A stretch of DNA of 64,000 nt, taken from assembly GCA_963695435.1 (NCBI GenBank), contig OY968788.1, positions 349,456-413,455 on the forward strand. Direction: 5' to 3'. A model generated the notes under the pieces. The model saw nothing but the letters and a program-made list of their open reading frames with translations, had not been told where the DNA came from and ran no database searches. The stretch is from an uncultured bacterium. Lineage in GTDB: Bacteria; Patescibacteriota; Kazan-3B-28. Made by a program: the position numbers and the translations under genes. Positions within the stretch are counted from its first letter, which is position 1. Every line of letters begins with the position of its first letter. This document shows, piece by piece, positions 1 to 9,236 of the stretch.

Positions 1-1414
1 TGCGGTCAAATACATTGCTTGGAGGATTTTGGATGTACCATGTCACCAACATTCTCCCCAATTCCGCCAGTTTTCCACTGACATCATTTAGTATCTTGAA
101 TAAACTGTCAGCCAGCTTCACATCTTTTGGACGAATATGAAGATGCACAAAGTCGCGACGACTGGAAACCAGCGCGTTGAAATAATTTACCGAAAGCGTC
201 CTTGAAGATGAGCGAATCGCAGATTCTTCAACTCCCAGAGGGTCGAGCATTACAATATTGTATTTATCTAAATTCTCCAGCTCCAAACAGGAACTGCCTG
301 TGGCGACAATCAGATCTGCTTTGCTGTGTTCGGGGAGCAGAGATTTTTTGATTTCGGTTGGAGCGAATTTTTGTTCCCACTGGTAGATTTCATCATTTAC
401 CAGATACAATTTTGACGGGTCACTCCCCCACTCTTCGCGCCAAATAATAATTTTGGCAATTAACTTTGCTTCGATAGCGGAAAGTGAAGGCATTAGTTTT
501 GCCAGTTCCAACTCGCTTCCTTCACGATAGAAAAATTCTTTTCTGTCCCGCACAGCTATATTTATTTTTTGCGCACGGCCGACTTCCCCCCAATCAATTT
601 CCTTCCAAGCGTTGAAAGGCACTACTAGCACGGCCGGCTTTTTAGCAATGGCGTGAGCAGTTGCTAGTGTTAGTTGGTCAACTGAAAAATGGGTTTCGAT
701 GAAATTGACTTTGCCGGTTTCGGCTAGTTTGATTTCAGGCAAAAATTGTTCGGCTTGGTTTAGTCCGTCCACCAAGCTACTTACATGCGGAGTAATGTGC
801 GGAGTGGGAAGTTTTTCGAAAGTCCAATCCAATTTTTCAAACATCCAGCGCCAGTTCCAAGAATCTCCAGGCAAAGTATCCAAAACTTCCTTGCGAGTTC
901 CCGCTTTGAATTCGGCAATTTGTGAAGCTAAAAACTCCATCAAATCAAGCGTCGCCAAAACATCCGCCATTGCACGGTGAGATGGTTGATGTGAAAAATT
1001 AAATCGCCAAGACAAGCCCTCCAAGCTATAGCTGGGTTGTTTGGGGAGAATTGTTTGGGCGAGTTCGAGAGTGTCCAGCAAGTCGCCTTTTAGAGCAAGT
1101 CCTTTGGCATGCAAAAACTCAACATCAAAACTAATGTTGTGTCCGACAATCGGTAGATCTCGAACAAAAGATTCAACCTTGGGCAATATCTCTTCTAATG
1201 TTGGTTGACCGTCCAAGTCTTCATCTTTTATCCCTGTTAGCGCTGTAACGAGTGGACGGAGAGGCAGTTGTTTGGTCGCGACTAAAGTATCGAGGATATC
1301 GATAATCTCTCCCTTGTCGTTCAGTTTGACGGCAGACAATTCGATAATATCGTCGCGCTTGGGGTCGACTCCGGTTGACTCAATATCTAAAACAATAAAT
1401 TCGGTGTATTTCAT
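1..1414 (-). CDS. DEDDh 3'-5' exonuclease (DnaQ-like) fused to a degenerate DinG-like region; runs off the window edge
   Basis: Manual translation from ATG at 1414 gives MKYTEFIVLDIESTG (ExoI), HNISFD (ExoII) and HRAMADV (ExoIII). Frame appears open to position 1; not in the ORF track. Confidence 0.75.
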   Translation of the reverse strand, partial: MKYTEFIVLDIESTGVDPKRDDIIELSAVKLNDKGEIIDILDTLVATKQLPLRPLVTALTGIKDEDLDGQPTLEEILPKVESFVRDLPIVGHNISFDVEFLHAKGLALKGDLLDTLELAQTILPKQPSYSLEGLSWRFNFSHQPSHRAMADVLATLDLMEFLASQIAEFKAGTRKEVLDTLPGDSWNWRWMFEKLDWTFEKLPTPHITPHVSSLVDGLNQAEQFLPEIKLAETGKVNFIETHFSVDQLTLATAHAIAKKPAVLVVPFNAWKEIDWGEVGRAQKINIAVRDRKEFFYREGSELELAKLMPSLSAIEAKLIAKIIIWREEWGSDPSKLYLVNDEIYQWEQKFAPTEIKKSLLPEHSKADLIVATGSSCLELENLDKYNIVMLDPLGVEESAIRSSSRTLSVNYFNALVSSRRDFVHLHIRPKDVKLADSLFKILNDVSGKLAELGRMLVTWYIQNPPSNVFDR

Positions 1415-2610
1415 TACAAGCGGGAGATGACGACTTCTACTTCTTCAGGAGTGAAGCTTACGATCTGAATGTTAGCGGGAACAGAAAACATTGCGGGCGT
1501 AATGGTGATTTGGTTCGTACCGGACAGAGTCCCCTTCATATCTAGGTTTAGCTTGATATCGGAGCGCTTTAGTTGGTTGATGGTCTTAGGATCCCCTGAA
1601 ACCACCACCTGAACGCTGGTTGGGGCAATAGTAGTCACCCCGAAACCTTCGGTTACATTAGCATACTGGGGCACTATGTCCATCTGGCGAGTCCCCTCGC
1701 TGGAACCGATGATGACCCGAGCCATGATTATGTTGTCTCCAACCATTTCTACCCCATTAGGCAAATCGACGGCTACTTGTTCGTTGAAACTCTCACGGTG
1801 ATCACTCAAATTGATAGCGGTTGAGGACAGGAATATTAAACCCTCCAAATTTTTCTGTGGCCCACGAACTTGCGCTAACGGTGGATCAAACACAACTTCC
1901 TGCACCCAAAACCCACCTGGTAGTTCTCCCGTGAAAGTAGGTTGAAGCCCAAGATTGCGAACGCTGGCGCCGAGAACGATTTCCACATCAACTTTTATAT
2001 TTTCTGGCGTTACTCGGAGTGAATGAATGGTTTGGCTGCGAGCATCCTGCACTACTGCTTTTGCGGGTGTAGTGAACGAGGCGCGGTGATTGCTTACATC
2101 AACAAACGCTTTGGCTTGAGAGATTTTATCTAGCAGCGAGGGGGCGCCAAAAACTAATACTTGAGACGGGGTTGGGGTCAGCGAACGAATACTATATTTG
2201 TCATTGGTGTTTCCTTTAGAAAAAGCGATTACATTTACTGCCTTTGAAGAAATCGGTTCCACCGTTATTTTCAATTCTTGAGGGGTGAAGTTGACTATCC
2301 GAATATCTTTGGGGGTTACTTTGGGCTGAATTTTTACGGAATACTCTCCCACGCTGGTGATGTTTGACGCGTCAATAAAAAATTGTAAGGTTTGGTCAGA
2401 CAATCCGGCGACATTACGCACACTCCCGCTAACAGTTGTTTCCACGACAGTGATCGGTTCGGCAATCGCCAGCGTGTCGGAAAGATTCTCTATGATGAGA
2501 GGCGCGGGAATTGTTTTTGTGCGGTCAGCAAATGAGTATATGTTAACCCACACCAAAATGGCGGCGATTAGGACAACCCAGCGCATAATACTCACCGAGC
2601 TAAGACGCAT
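1414..2610 (-). CDS. CdaR/YbbR-like protein
   Basis: N-terminal TM helix, repeated beta-rich YbbR-like units (P..V.V.GP), directly downstream of a DAC-like gene. Confidence 0.8.
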   Translation of the reverse strand: MRLSSVSIMRWVVLIAAILVWVNIYSFADRTKTIPAPLIIENLSDTLAIAEPITVVETTVSGSVRNVAGLSDQTLQFFIDASNITSVGEYSVKIQPKVTPKDIRIVNFTPQELKITVEPISSKAVNVIAFSKGNTNDKYSIRSLTPTPSQVLVFGAPSLLDKISQAKAFVDVSNHRASFTTPAKAVVQDARSQTIHSLRVTPENIKVDVEIVLGASVRNLGLQPTFTGELPGGFWVQEVVFDPPLAQVRGPQKNLEGLIFLSSTAINLSDHRESFNEQVAVDLPNGVEMVGDNIIMARVIIGSSEGTRQMDIVPQYANVTEGFGVTTIAPTSVQVVVSGDPKTINQLKRSDIKLNLDMKGTLSGTNQITITPAMFSVPANIQIVSFTPEEVEVVISRL

Positions 2611-3483
2611 TTACATTCGATGATAAACCAATATGTTCTGTAATAGTTTAGAGAGGTCATTCAGCGGAAGATTTTTGTAAGTGTTGTCACTGCACACCAC
2701 GCTGATATCTCCGGTTGTTCTGTTGGTCAAAACCACAACTGCGTTCAAATCCTTGGCTATTCTTTGGATTGTCGGATCGGTGGGATTGAATAGTACGCGG
2801 GCTTTGGGACGCATCAAAGTTGAGCCGGCGGCAACAATTTTGTTACCTTCAATAATTACCGCACCCTTCCCAAAGACGGAACCGTTACCAAAGAAATCTA
2901 TCAGCAAATCGGAGCGCAGAGGAGAATTCATTTTAGTCCCGTTTTCGATCAATCGCGTAAGAGACTTATCGCGTTTGATGACGAAAAGGGCTGGTTTGTG
3001 GGCGCGAGCTAACACCGCTAGCGCTTCAATTATAGTTTTGATTGCGGTTTGCGAATCGGCCGTGCTCACTCGAGGAGTTGAGATCCGAGTGGCGGGCAGA
3101 TTTATTCTGATATCTGACGATAAAATATGTTTTATTTCAGGGGCGTATAGGGCAGCGATTGCCAGCAGAACGATAATGAGCAAAGCTCCTGTTAGATAAA
3201 AGAGCGCCCAGAGCCCAAGGATTCGAGCGATCAACGCGATAATGAGCAATATAAAAATTCTTGGCGCGATGGTGATAAGTTCGGTACGGCGAAGCTTGCG
3301 ATAGAGCCACCACAGCAGATACGCGACCAAGGCTAGATCAATCAGCCCTATAAGGGAAAACTGGCTAACTAGACCACTCCAAAACAAACCAGCGGTTTCT
3401 TGTACTTGCTGGAAACTTGCTCCAATTTGACTAATAAAAATGTCCCACCAATTCATTGTTAGCACTTTTGACTTTCCTATCAT
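2611..3483 (-). CDS. CdaA-type diadenylate cyclase homologue with degenerate active site
   Basis: Three TM helices plus DisA_N-like domain (LLIDFF...GAVII.GNKIVAAG...TGDISV); start may be 3456. Confidence 0.75.
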   Translation of the reverse strand: MIGKSKVLTMNWWDIFISQIGASFQQVQETAGLFWSGLVSQFSLIGLIDLALVAYLLWWLYRKLRRTELITIAPRIFILLIIALIARILGLWALFYLTGALLIIVLLAIAALYAPEIKHILSSDIRINLPATRISTPRVSTADSQTAIKTIIEALAVLARAHKPALFVIKRDKSLTRLIENGTKMNSPLRSDLLIDFFGNGSVFGKGAVIIEGNKIVAAGSTLMRPKARVLFNPTDPTIQRIAKDLNAVVVLTNRTTGDISVVCSDNTYKNLPLNDLSKLLQNILVYHRM

Positions 3484-3505
3484 ACGGTAAAACTCTCATC
3501 TGAAC

Positions 3506-3537
3506 AAAAAAGAGGGTCCCGCCTTGCGGCAGGACCC
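3506..3537 (-). terminator. Intrinsic terminator
   Basis: GGGTCCTGCC-GCAA-GGCGGGACCC followed by TCTTTTTT on the minus strand. Confidence 0.75.
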
Positions 3538-3766
3538 AGACTGTTCCGTTCTGCTATCGTACAGCGACAACATGTAACTTTACTGCATGCAGTGGGGCTT
3601 TGGTCTTGCCCCGCAAATGATGGGAAAAGGTACCAATGCTTGCCTCCCAAACTTGAGATGAAGGGGCGAGTAATGGGAAAAAACAGCAAACCTAGAGTGA
3701 GAAAAGTTTTGGTAAAGAGCCCTAGATCCGCTGCCGTTGCTTTCATCCTAGCATAAATCGGCGATG

Positions 3767-4837
3767 TTAGATTGGCTTGGGGGTACGGCGGGCTGTTCGC
3801 CAACTATCGTAAATTCTAGCGAATATCCAAACTACTGTAATAGCAACCAAGTTGATTGTGAAATTGATCCACAAATTATTGCTTGGGTACGGAAGAAGTA
3901 AATTCAGGCTTACCAAAACAAAACTTTGGGAAATATAAGTAGCAAGGGAATTCCGTCCGGCCGGGAGCAAAAGCCAGCCCACAATTTTTGTGAAAACAGG
4001 CTCTAGGCTGCGCACTAGCAAATACAATCCCGCAAACCAAATCAGCGCGACAACCAAATGACCTGGAGCCAGCGTCCATTTATCAAACCATTGAGTAAGC
4101 CATCCTCCTTCGTAGCCGTAAAAATGTTTCACCCACAAATTAGTAACTAAAATAATAAATGCTCCTGCAACGACTGACCAACGAAGCCACCGTTGAGCAA
4201 GCTGGGTGAGACCTCCCCAGAGTTTTTCCCAATCGCTGAAATAATATCCGCCGGTTAGACCAATAAAGAACAATACCTGCCACGCCAAAAAGGGATTGTG
4301 CCCTCGCATCAGCCAAATAGTAAGGGAAGTGGCGATTACTAGCCAAGCCTGCTTTTTTGACATCAGCCAAAGTGCCAACGGCGCAAAAATCATATACATC
4401 GTGTAGTAAGGTAGGAAGTCAGTCCAGCCGTAGCTGTATTGAAAAGTAAGAGACCGCCAAAGAAGCTGAAGAAATGGCAGATGTTCGGCTCCCGCCTTAA
4501 TGCCGGGCTGATTGGGCAGCCAAATAGCTAACGCCGTAAATAGTAGAGTAAGCCCCACAGACCAGCCGTAGAGCACCAACGCGCGAAGCCAGAGGCGCTT
4601 CCAAGCCAACATAAAGTTATTTGCTCGCACTTCCCTCCCCCGCAAAAATCCGACTAAAATTCCTGATTCAATAAAAAATCCATCAGCGGCTGAAGCCCAA
4701 AGCAAACCCTTGCCGGTAAACACCTCAAAAAGCGCCGGGAAGCGGTAAATGTGGTCAATCAGAATAACCCAAAGAAAGTATCCGCGCAGTAAATCTAGAG
4801 TAATAATGCGGCGACTGGGAGATGAAGTCATAAACAT
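3767..4837 (-). CDS. OpgC-domain membrane acyltransferase-like protein
   Basis: R...LDLLRG....ILIDH, SAADGFF..SG, GRNSL..Y motifs; multi-pass membrane protein. Confidence 0.75.
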   Translation of the reverse strand: MFMTSSPSRRIITLDLLRGYFLWVILIDHIYRFPALFEVFTGKGLLWASAADGFFIESGILVGFLRGREVRANNFMLAWKRLWLRALVLYGWSVGLTLLFTALAIWLPNQPGIKAGAEHLPFLQLLWRSLTFQYSYGWTDFLPYYTMYMIFAPLALWLMSKKQAWLVIATSLTIWLMRGHNPFLAWQVLFFIGLTGGYYFSDWEKLWGGLTQLAQRWLRWSVVAGAFIILVTNLWVKHFYGYEGGWLTQWFDKWTLAPGHLVVALIWFAGLYLLVRSLEPVFTKIVGWLLLPAGRNSLATYISQSFVLVSLNLLLPYPSNNLWINFTINLVAITVVWIFARIYDSWRTARRTPKPI

Positions 4838-4874
4838 ATATTAGCACGACAGAATTTATCTATTTAGGTATTGC

Positions 4875-4912
4875 AAAAAGCCCAGCTCCAGTTTTTTAGA
4901 CTGGAGCCGAGC
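4875..4912 (-). terminator. Intrinsic terminator
   Basis: GCTCGGCTCCAGT...ACTGGAGCTGGGC then TTTTT, right after the stop of 4913..5974. Confidence 0.7.
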
Positions 4913-5974
4913 TTATTTGTCGAAAAGAGCAAGTTGGGGAGGTCTTCCGCGGGGTCCACGAATTTGTAGTTTTCCGAGCCGATAGAGATTGGCCGATGGA
5001 ACCAACCAGCGACAAGTCCCTTCAATCGGACACTGACTACAGGTGTTGAGATAGTTCTCAATGTTCTGCTTTGTCCAACTAATTTCTTTGGGGACTACTG
5101 TAATCACCCGAGAATCTTCATCCCTAGGGACGATACTCTTGTTACCCGGGTGGCATCGACAGGCGATGCTCGACAAGAACCATGTCGCATCACAGAGTTC
5201 GGTTGGATCAACCTTCCGCTCTCGACAGTAGCGTTGAGTCAGTTCCCTAGCAGCAGCGAACATCTTCTCCGTTCGGAAGTTATAGTTGTCCGGTGCGTTA
5301 GACGCGGTGATCAACCCATTTGCGATAATAATCCTCATCGCATGAAAGTCGATCGGAATCGGCATCGATATAGGAGCTACCAACTTTGCCCTCACGAGAT
5401 AGAAGGCTAACATACTTACCATCTTCTCTCGGAACCCACGGAAACCATGGGGATATTCTGGGTTGAATTCCCCTGCTGGTTGACAGATGAGACGCTTGCA
5501 GAGCGTTTCATAGTCAGCATCAGCAAAGAGTGCTCTCGTGTCACCACCCCAGAACTGATGCAGTTTGGTGAAGTTGTCGACCCATTGTCGGCAAGACTCC
5601 TCAATGTGGTTTAGCCGCCGCTTCAAGAGTTCTTCAGCCAGCAACGCCTTGGTTCGGCTAGGCTGGCGAGCGACCAACTCGGGATCGAAGAGCCTTGGCT
5701 GGTCGTCGTGAAGCTTTACCAAACTGTTAAACGCAGTGTAGCTTTGAATGCTACCCTTCATATAACAGCAAACTGCTAACGAGAAATTAGATTCTGCTTT
5801 CCCCCCAATTTTGAGAGTATGGGGCAGAGTATTACTGTCATAGACGGCAGTAGCGATACTGTAGGGATACGCGGGGCGGCGAAGAGCCGCGATTAGCGCA
5901 TCAAAGACTTGGTATGCCCGTTTCCAGTGGGTAACCAACTTAACTTCCCCGTTGCCGTTAGCCACGGCTTTCAC
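4913..5974 (-). CDS. Hypothetical protein, possible HhH-GPD/endonuclease III-like DNA glycosylase
   Basis: GFREKM (HhH-like), PIDFHAMRI (like PVDTHVxR), C-terminal C..CP....C. Confidence 0.5.
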   Translation of the reverse strand: MKAVANGNGEVKLVTHWKRAYQVFDALIAALRRPAYPYSIATAVYDSNTLPHTLKIGGKAESNFSLAVCCYMKGSIQSYTAFNSLVKLHDDQPRLFDPELVARQPSRTKALLAEELLKRRLNHIEESCRQWVDNFTKLHQFWGGDTRALFADADYETLCKRLICQPAGEFNPEYPHGFRGFREKMVSMLAFYLVRAKLVAPISMPIPIDFHAMRIIIANGLITASNAPDNYNFRTEKMFAAARELTQRYCRERKVDPTELCDATWFLSSIACRCHPGNKSIVPRDEDSRVITVVPKEISWTKQNIENYLNTCSQCPIEGTCRWLVPSANLYRLGKLQIRGPRGRPPQLALFDK

Positions 5975-6013
5975 CTCCTAAAAATATTCTGGTTGTTCAG
6001 GTACCAGTTCTTT

Positions 6014-6042
6014 AGTGTATGGATTGAGGGGCTTCGGGTCAA
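6014..6042 (-). promoter_or_regulatory. Sigma70-type promoter for 4913..5974
   Basis: TTGACC-N17-TACACT. Confidence 0.6.
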
Positions 6043-6063
6043 ATCTGACCGAAAAGCTTGAGG

Positions 6064-6657
6064 TTAGTACACCCCGAGGGAGATGAGTTCTTCTTCTAGC
6101 TGTTCGGGACTTTGGAAATGTATCCCCTTCATCCCAAACTTTCGAGCGCCTTCAACATTTTCTAATTGGTCATCAACAAAAACACACTCTTTGGGAGCGA
6201 CTCCAAGTTTGTTGCACACATAACGATAAATTCTCTCGTCCGGTTTGATAAAACCTACTTCCCACGACCAGACCATTACATCAAACCAAATGGACATATG
6301 AAAAAGTTTTTTGCGAACTTCAGACCATTTCTTGCCCGTGTTGGAGAGAATAGCAAGTTTATATTTATTTTTTAGCCTTTTTACATGTTCCCATGTTCCC
6401 GTGATAGGTTTTATTTTCATTGACCTTCTTTCCAACACAGATGCTTCAACGGGAATTTTAAATTTCTTGACAATGTGTTCAAACAATTGTCTTTCTGTCA
6501 TTTCTCCCAAATCCACTTTGTTGAAAAGCGGTTTGTAGTATGCACGAACAGCAGAACAGTCCAATTTATATTCATCCGCCAATTCAGATATCAGAGGATG
6601 GAGTGTCCTTTTGGCTAATACACCGCTAACATCAAAAATTACCGCCTTGATCCGCAT
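6064..6657 (-). CDS. HAD family hydrolase/phosphatase
   Basis: IFDVSGVL, LSNT, KPD..IY, FVDD..ENV.GA motifs. Confidence 0.9.
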   Translation of the reverse strand: MRIKAVIFDVSGVLAKRTLHPLISELADEYKLDCSAVRAYYKPLFNKVDLGEMTERQLFEHIVKKFKIPVEASVLERRSMKIKPITGTWEHVKRLKNKYKLAILSNTGKKWSEVRKKLFHMSIWFDVMVWSWEVGFIKPDERIYRYVCNKLGVAPKECVFVDDQLENVEGARKFGMKGIHFQSPEQLEEELISLGVY

Positions 6658-6663
6658 GAAGAA

Positions 6664-6692
6664 ATTTTATTTCCACAAGGCGGTAATGTCAA
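6664..6692 (-). promoter_or_regulatory. Sigma70 promoter, likely leaderless transcript of the HAD gene
   Basis: TTGACA-N17-TAAAAT, 6 nt before ATG. Confidence 0.65.
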
Positions 6693-6742
6693 TCTATTGA
6701 GAAAGACTGCTTTGTGAATTACGGCAGATTAGTTTTTATATC

Positions 6743-7519
6743 TTAGGCCTTGCTGACGATAATCATCGCACGGACATTGCTGGTGATTGTTTTGTGGTCT
6801 CCAGTCGGATAGTCCCGCATTGCGGCATAGAGTGTCTCGTAAGTGTAGCGATAGTTTCTACCATTGCGCGTCCCCGGATCATTAGTAGTGAACATTCCCG
6901 CTTTGTCGTCATATCCAATGACCACCAAAAAGTGCCGTTCCGGCCCTGCGCCCGTAAAGTTTGGGTTATGCAAAGCTTGCCCATTCATCGGCATCAAGAG
7001 AATATGATTCGCCGCTAATTCGGTTTTGATATCCGTCATCGTAACATTGTACTTTACGGTACCTTTTGTGGTTCCGGTATAACTTTGGAATAGTTTCAGA
7101 GTGTCTGCGGCGGAAGAATCAACATAAGTGCCAAACATGCTTTCCGCCAGTTTTGAAAGAGTAAGAAGATCCGCAAGAGCATTTTCCGTGGAGCCAATCG
7201 ATTCGCCGTTCATCCATTTCGCCCCAATCAATACAGCGGCTTCTTCGCAATCGTTTTGCTGACGATCATCGCTCCATTGCCCCGTGGGCGCTTGGGAAGT
7301 AAACGGAACATTAGCAATGATGAACTTGTTTGGCAGACCATCCGACTGCGTTTGGGCTGTATTGGCAACTGTTGAATTCTCTACTCGATCGGGAGGCGTT
7401 GAGCCGGCATTATTTTGTGGAGCAACTCCTATGGCTAAGCGAGCACCATACCAAACCAGACCAATCAAAATTGGTATTCCGATTATGCCGTAAATAAGAT
7501 TTGGGGTTTTTCTAGCCAT
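6743..7519 (-). CDS. Membrane-anchored C39-like peptidase
   Basis: VPFTSQAP...CEEA, HFLVVIGYD, NDPG; N-terminal TM helix. Confidence 0.8.
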   Translation of the reverse strand: MARKTPNLIYGIIGIPILIGLVWYGARLAIGVAPQNNAGSTPPDRVENSTVANTAQTQSDGLPNKFIIANVPFTSQAPTGQWSDDRQQNDCEEAAVLIGAKWMNGESIGSTENALADLLTLSKLAESMFGTYVDSSAADTLKLFQSYTGTTKGTVKYNVTMTDIKTELAANHILLMPMNGQALHNPNFTGAGPERHFLVVIGYDDKAGMFTTNDPGTRNGRNYRYTYETLYAAMRDYPTGDHKTITSNVRAMIIVSKA

Positions 7520-7528
7520 AGTCGTAAA

Positions 7529-8050
7529 CTAAATTGTTTGAATTGTTGAGATTATTTGGGAAACAAGATTATCTACATTGAGAGAAGTCCGTTCGGTATC
7601 ACAGGCAGTTTTTTGTGGGTCGTCATAGTTGGCGCATTGAACAGAGCGCAAAGCAAACTCCACCTCTACCGTTTTATCTATCTTGGGCATAGCAACGGAA
7701 TAATCGTAAGCGGTGTACACACTACCGGCCGCTCCATCGGTTTGAGCACTAACACAATAGGACAAGCCATCGATAACAAATGGTTCGACTGAACATGTTG
7801 AGGTACCAGACACCAATGTAACTGATGGCGGCCAAGTTTGCGCTGTAATGTAGGTAGTAGCAAGAGGGTCTGGATATTGGTATGAAATACCTTGTTGGGT
7901 ATCGGTGATAGTTTGCCAACCGGAAATTTCACACTGTGCTTTGCCGTTCAGACACTTTGATTGCGAGTGTCCACCTTGCCAAACGAAATATCCCGCGACG
8001 GCAATTATAACAATGGCCGCAAGAAATAGGACTTTATCTAAAGTAGTCAT
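7529..8050 (-). CDS. Hypothetical exported protein
   Basis: N-terminal TM helix, paired cysteines, W.T......GISYQYP motif. Confidence 0.65.
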   Translation of the reverse strand: MTTLDKVLFLAAIVIIAVAGYFVWQGGHSQSKCLNGKAQCEISGWQTITDTQQGISYQYPDPLATTYITAQTWPPSVTLVSGTSTCSVEPFVIDGLSYCVSAQTDGAAGSVYTAYDYSVAMPKIDKTVEVEFALRSVQCANYDDPQKTACDTERTSLNVDNLVSQIISTIQTI

Positions 8051-8052
8051 AG

Positions 8053-8241
8053 TTAGCGAGCCAAGAACTGGAATGCCTGATATACCAAAAACACCGGCCA
8101 GACGAGAGCCTTCAGAAAGCCGAGCACTCCAACTCCAAAACTTGTCGCGGTACTAATGAAATATATTGCCGCTCCGACAAGCCCCAGACCGTAAATAGCA
8201 CCAGAGGGGTGACCACAATGCTGCATCATTTTATTCTTCAT
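8053..8241 (-). CDS. Small membrane protein
   Basis: 62 aa hydrophobic (YGLGLVGAAIYFI...LKALVWP), 2 nt from next gene. Confidence 0.7.
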   Translation of the reverse strand: MKNKMMQHCGHPSGAIYGLGLVGAAIYFISTATSFGVGVLGFLKALVWPVFLVYQAFQFLAR

Positions 8242-8360
8242 AGGATTACTCCGTGAAAAATTATATTATCTATCCGTAATTTATTATACAGCTTGGTTCG
8301 GAAAAGCCCCAGGGGAGAAAGCTTGTCTGGGGGTGGGTTTTGGGTGTATAGTAGCTAACT

Positions 8361-9236
8361 ATGGGAGTAATCGAGGTCAACAACCTAACCAAGTATTACG
8401 GGCGCGTAAGGGGGGTGGAAGGCCTTAGTTTTAGCGTTAACGAGGGTGAAATCTTCGGATTTTTGGGCCCCAACGGGGCGGGCAAAACTACCGCCATCAG
8501 GCTCATGCTGGATTTTATCCGACCACAAACCGGCAGTATCAGTTTGTTCGGCTTTGACGCCCATCGAGACGCCGCAGCCATTCACCGCTACATCGGTTAT
8601 GTTTCGAGTGAACCGTTTTTGTATCCGTTCATGCGCGGAAGAGAATTGTTGAATTGGCTCAAAACTTTTCGTGCGCAAACTACGGATGATTTGTCAGTTG
8701 CGCGGCTGTGCGAAATTTTGCAGTTCAATCCCAAACACTTTATCAAGAATTATTCCAGTGGCAACCGCAAAAAGCTAGCACTTATTCAGGCACTAATGCA
8801 TCGACCGCGATTGCTAATCCTAGACGAGCCGACCAACGGGCTTGATCCTATTATCAAACAAGATTTTTACGCTATTTTACGCAGTTTGAGGCAGAGCGGA
8901 ACAACGATATTTTTCTCTTCTCACGATTTGACGGAAGTTCAGAAAATATGTGACCGCGTGGCTATTGTCAAAGACGGCAGGGTTGTGGCGGTGGAAGAGG
9001 TGGCAAGCCTCATCCAAAAAAGTAACCTACTTGTGGAAGTAACTTTCAGCCAGATGCCCGATGAAGTAGCGTTAGCCGGGTTCAAGGTCGTTGAGCGCAA
9101 CGGACAATCAATAAAGTTGCAGATGGGGCGGACGGAAATCAATGCCGCGCTAGCTCAACTGAATAACCATCCGATAACCAACATCACCATCTCTCAACCG
9201 ACTTTGGAGGACATATTCTTAACTTGGTACCGATAA
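8361..9236 (+). CDS. ABC transporter ATP-binding protein
   Basis: GPNGAGKT, YSSG, LILDEP, SSH. Confidence 0.95.
   Translation: MGVIEVNNLTKYYGRVRGVEGLSFSVNEGEIFGFLGPNGAGKTTAIRLMLDFIRPQTGSISLFGFDAHRDAAAIHRYIGYVSSEPFLYPFMRGRELLNWLKTFRAQTTDDLSVARLCEILQFNPKHFIKNYSSGNRKKLALIQALMHRPRLLILDEPTNGLDPIIKQDFYAILRSLRQSGTTIFFSSHDLTEVQKICDRVAIVKDGRVVAVEEVASLIQKSNLLVEVTFSQMPDEVALAGFKVVERNGQSIKLQMGRTEINAALAQLNNHPITNITISQPTLEDIFLTWYR

Noticed and set aside
3490-3760. c-di-AMP (ydaO) or c-di-GMP riboswitch upstream of the cdaA-like gene
   Set aside because: Consensus segments were not recognisable by eye; kept only as an unassigned candidate RNA.
3480-3803. 107-aa ORF
   Set aside because: It overlaps the opgC-like gene and reads through a promoter-like motif and a strong terminator; no recognisable motifs.
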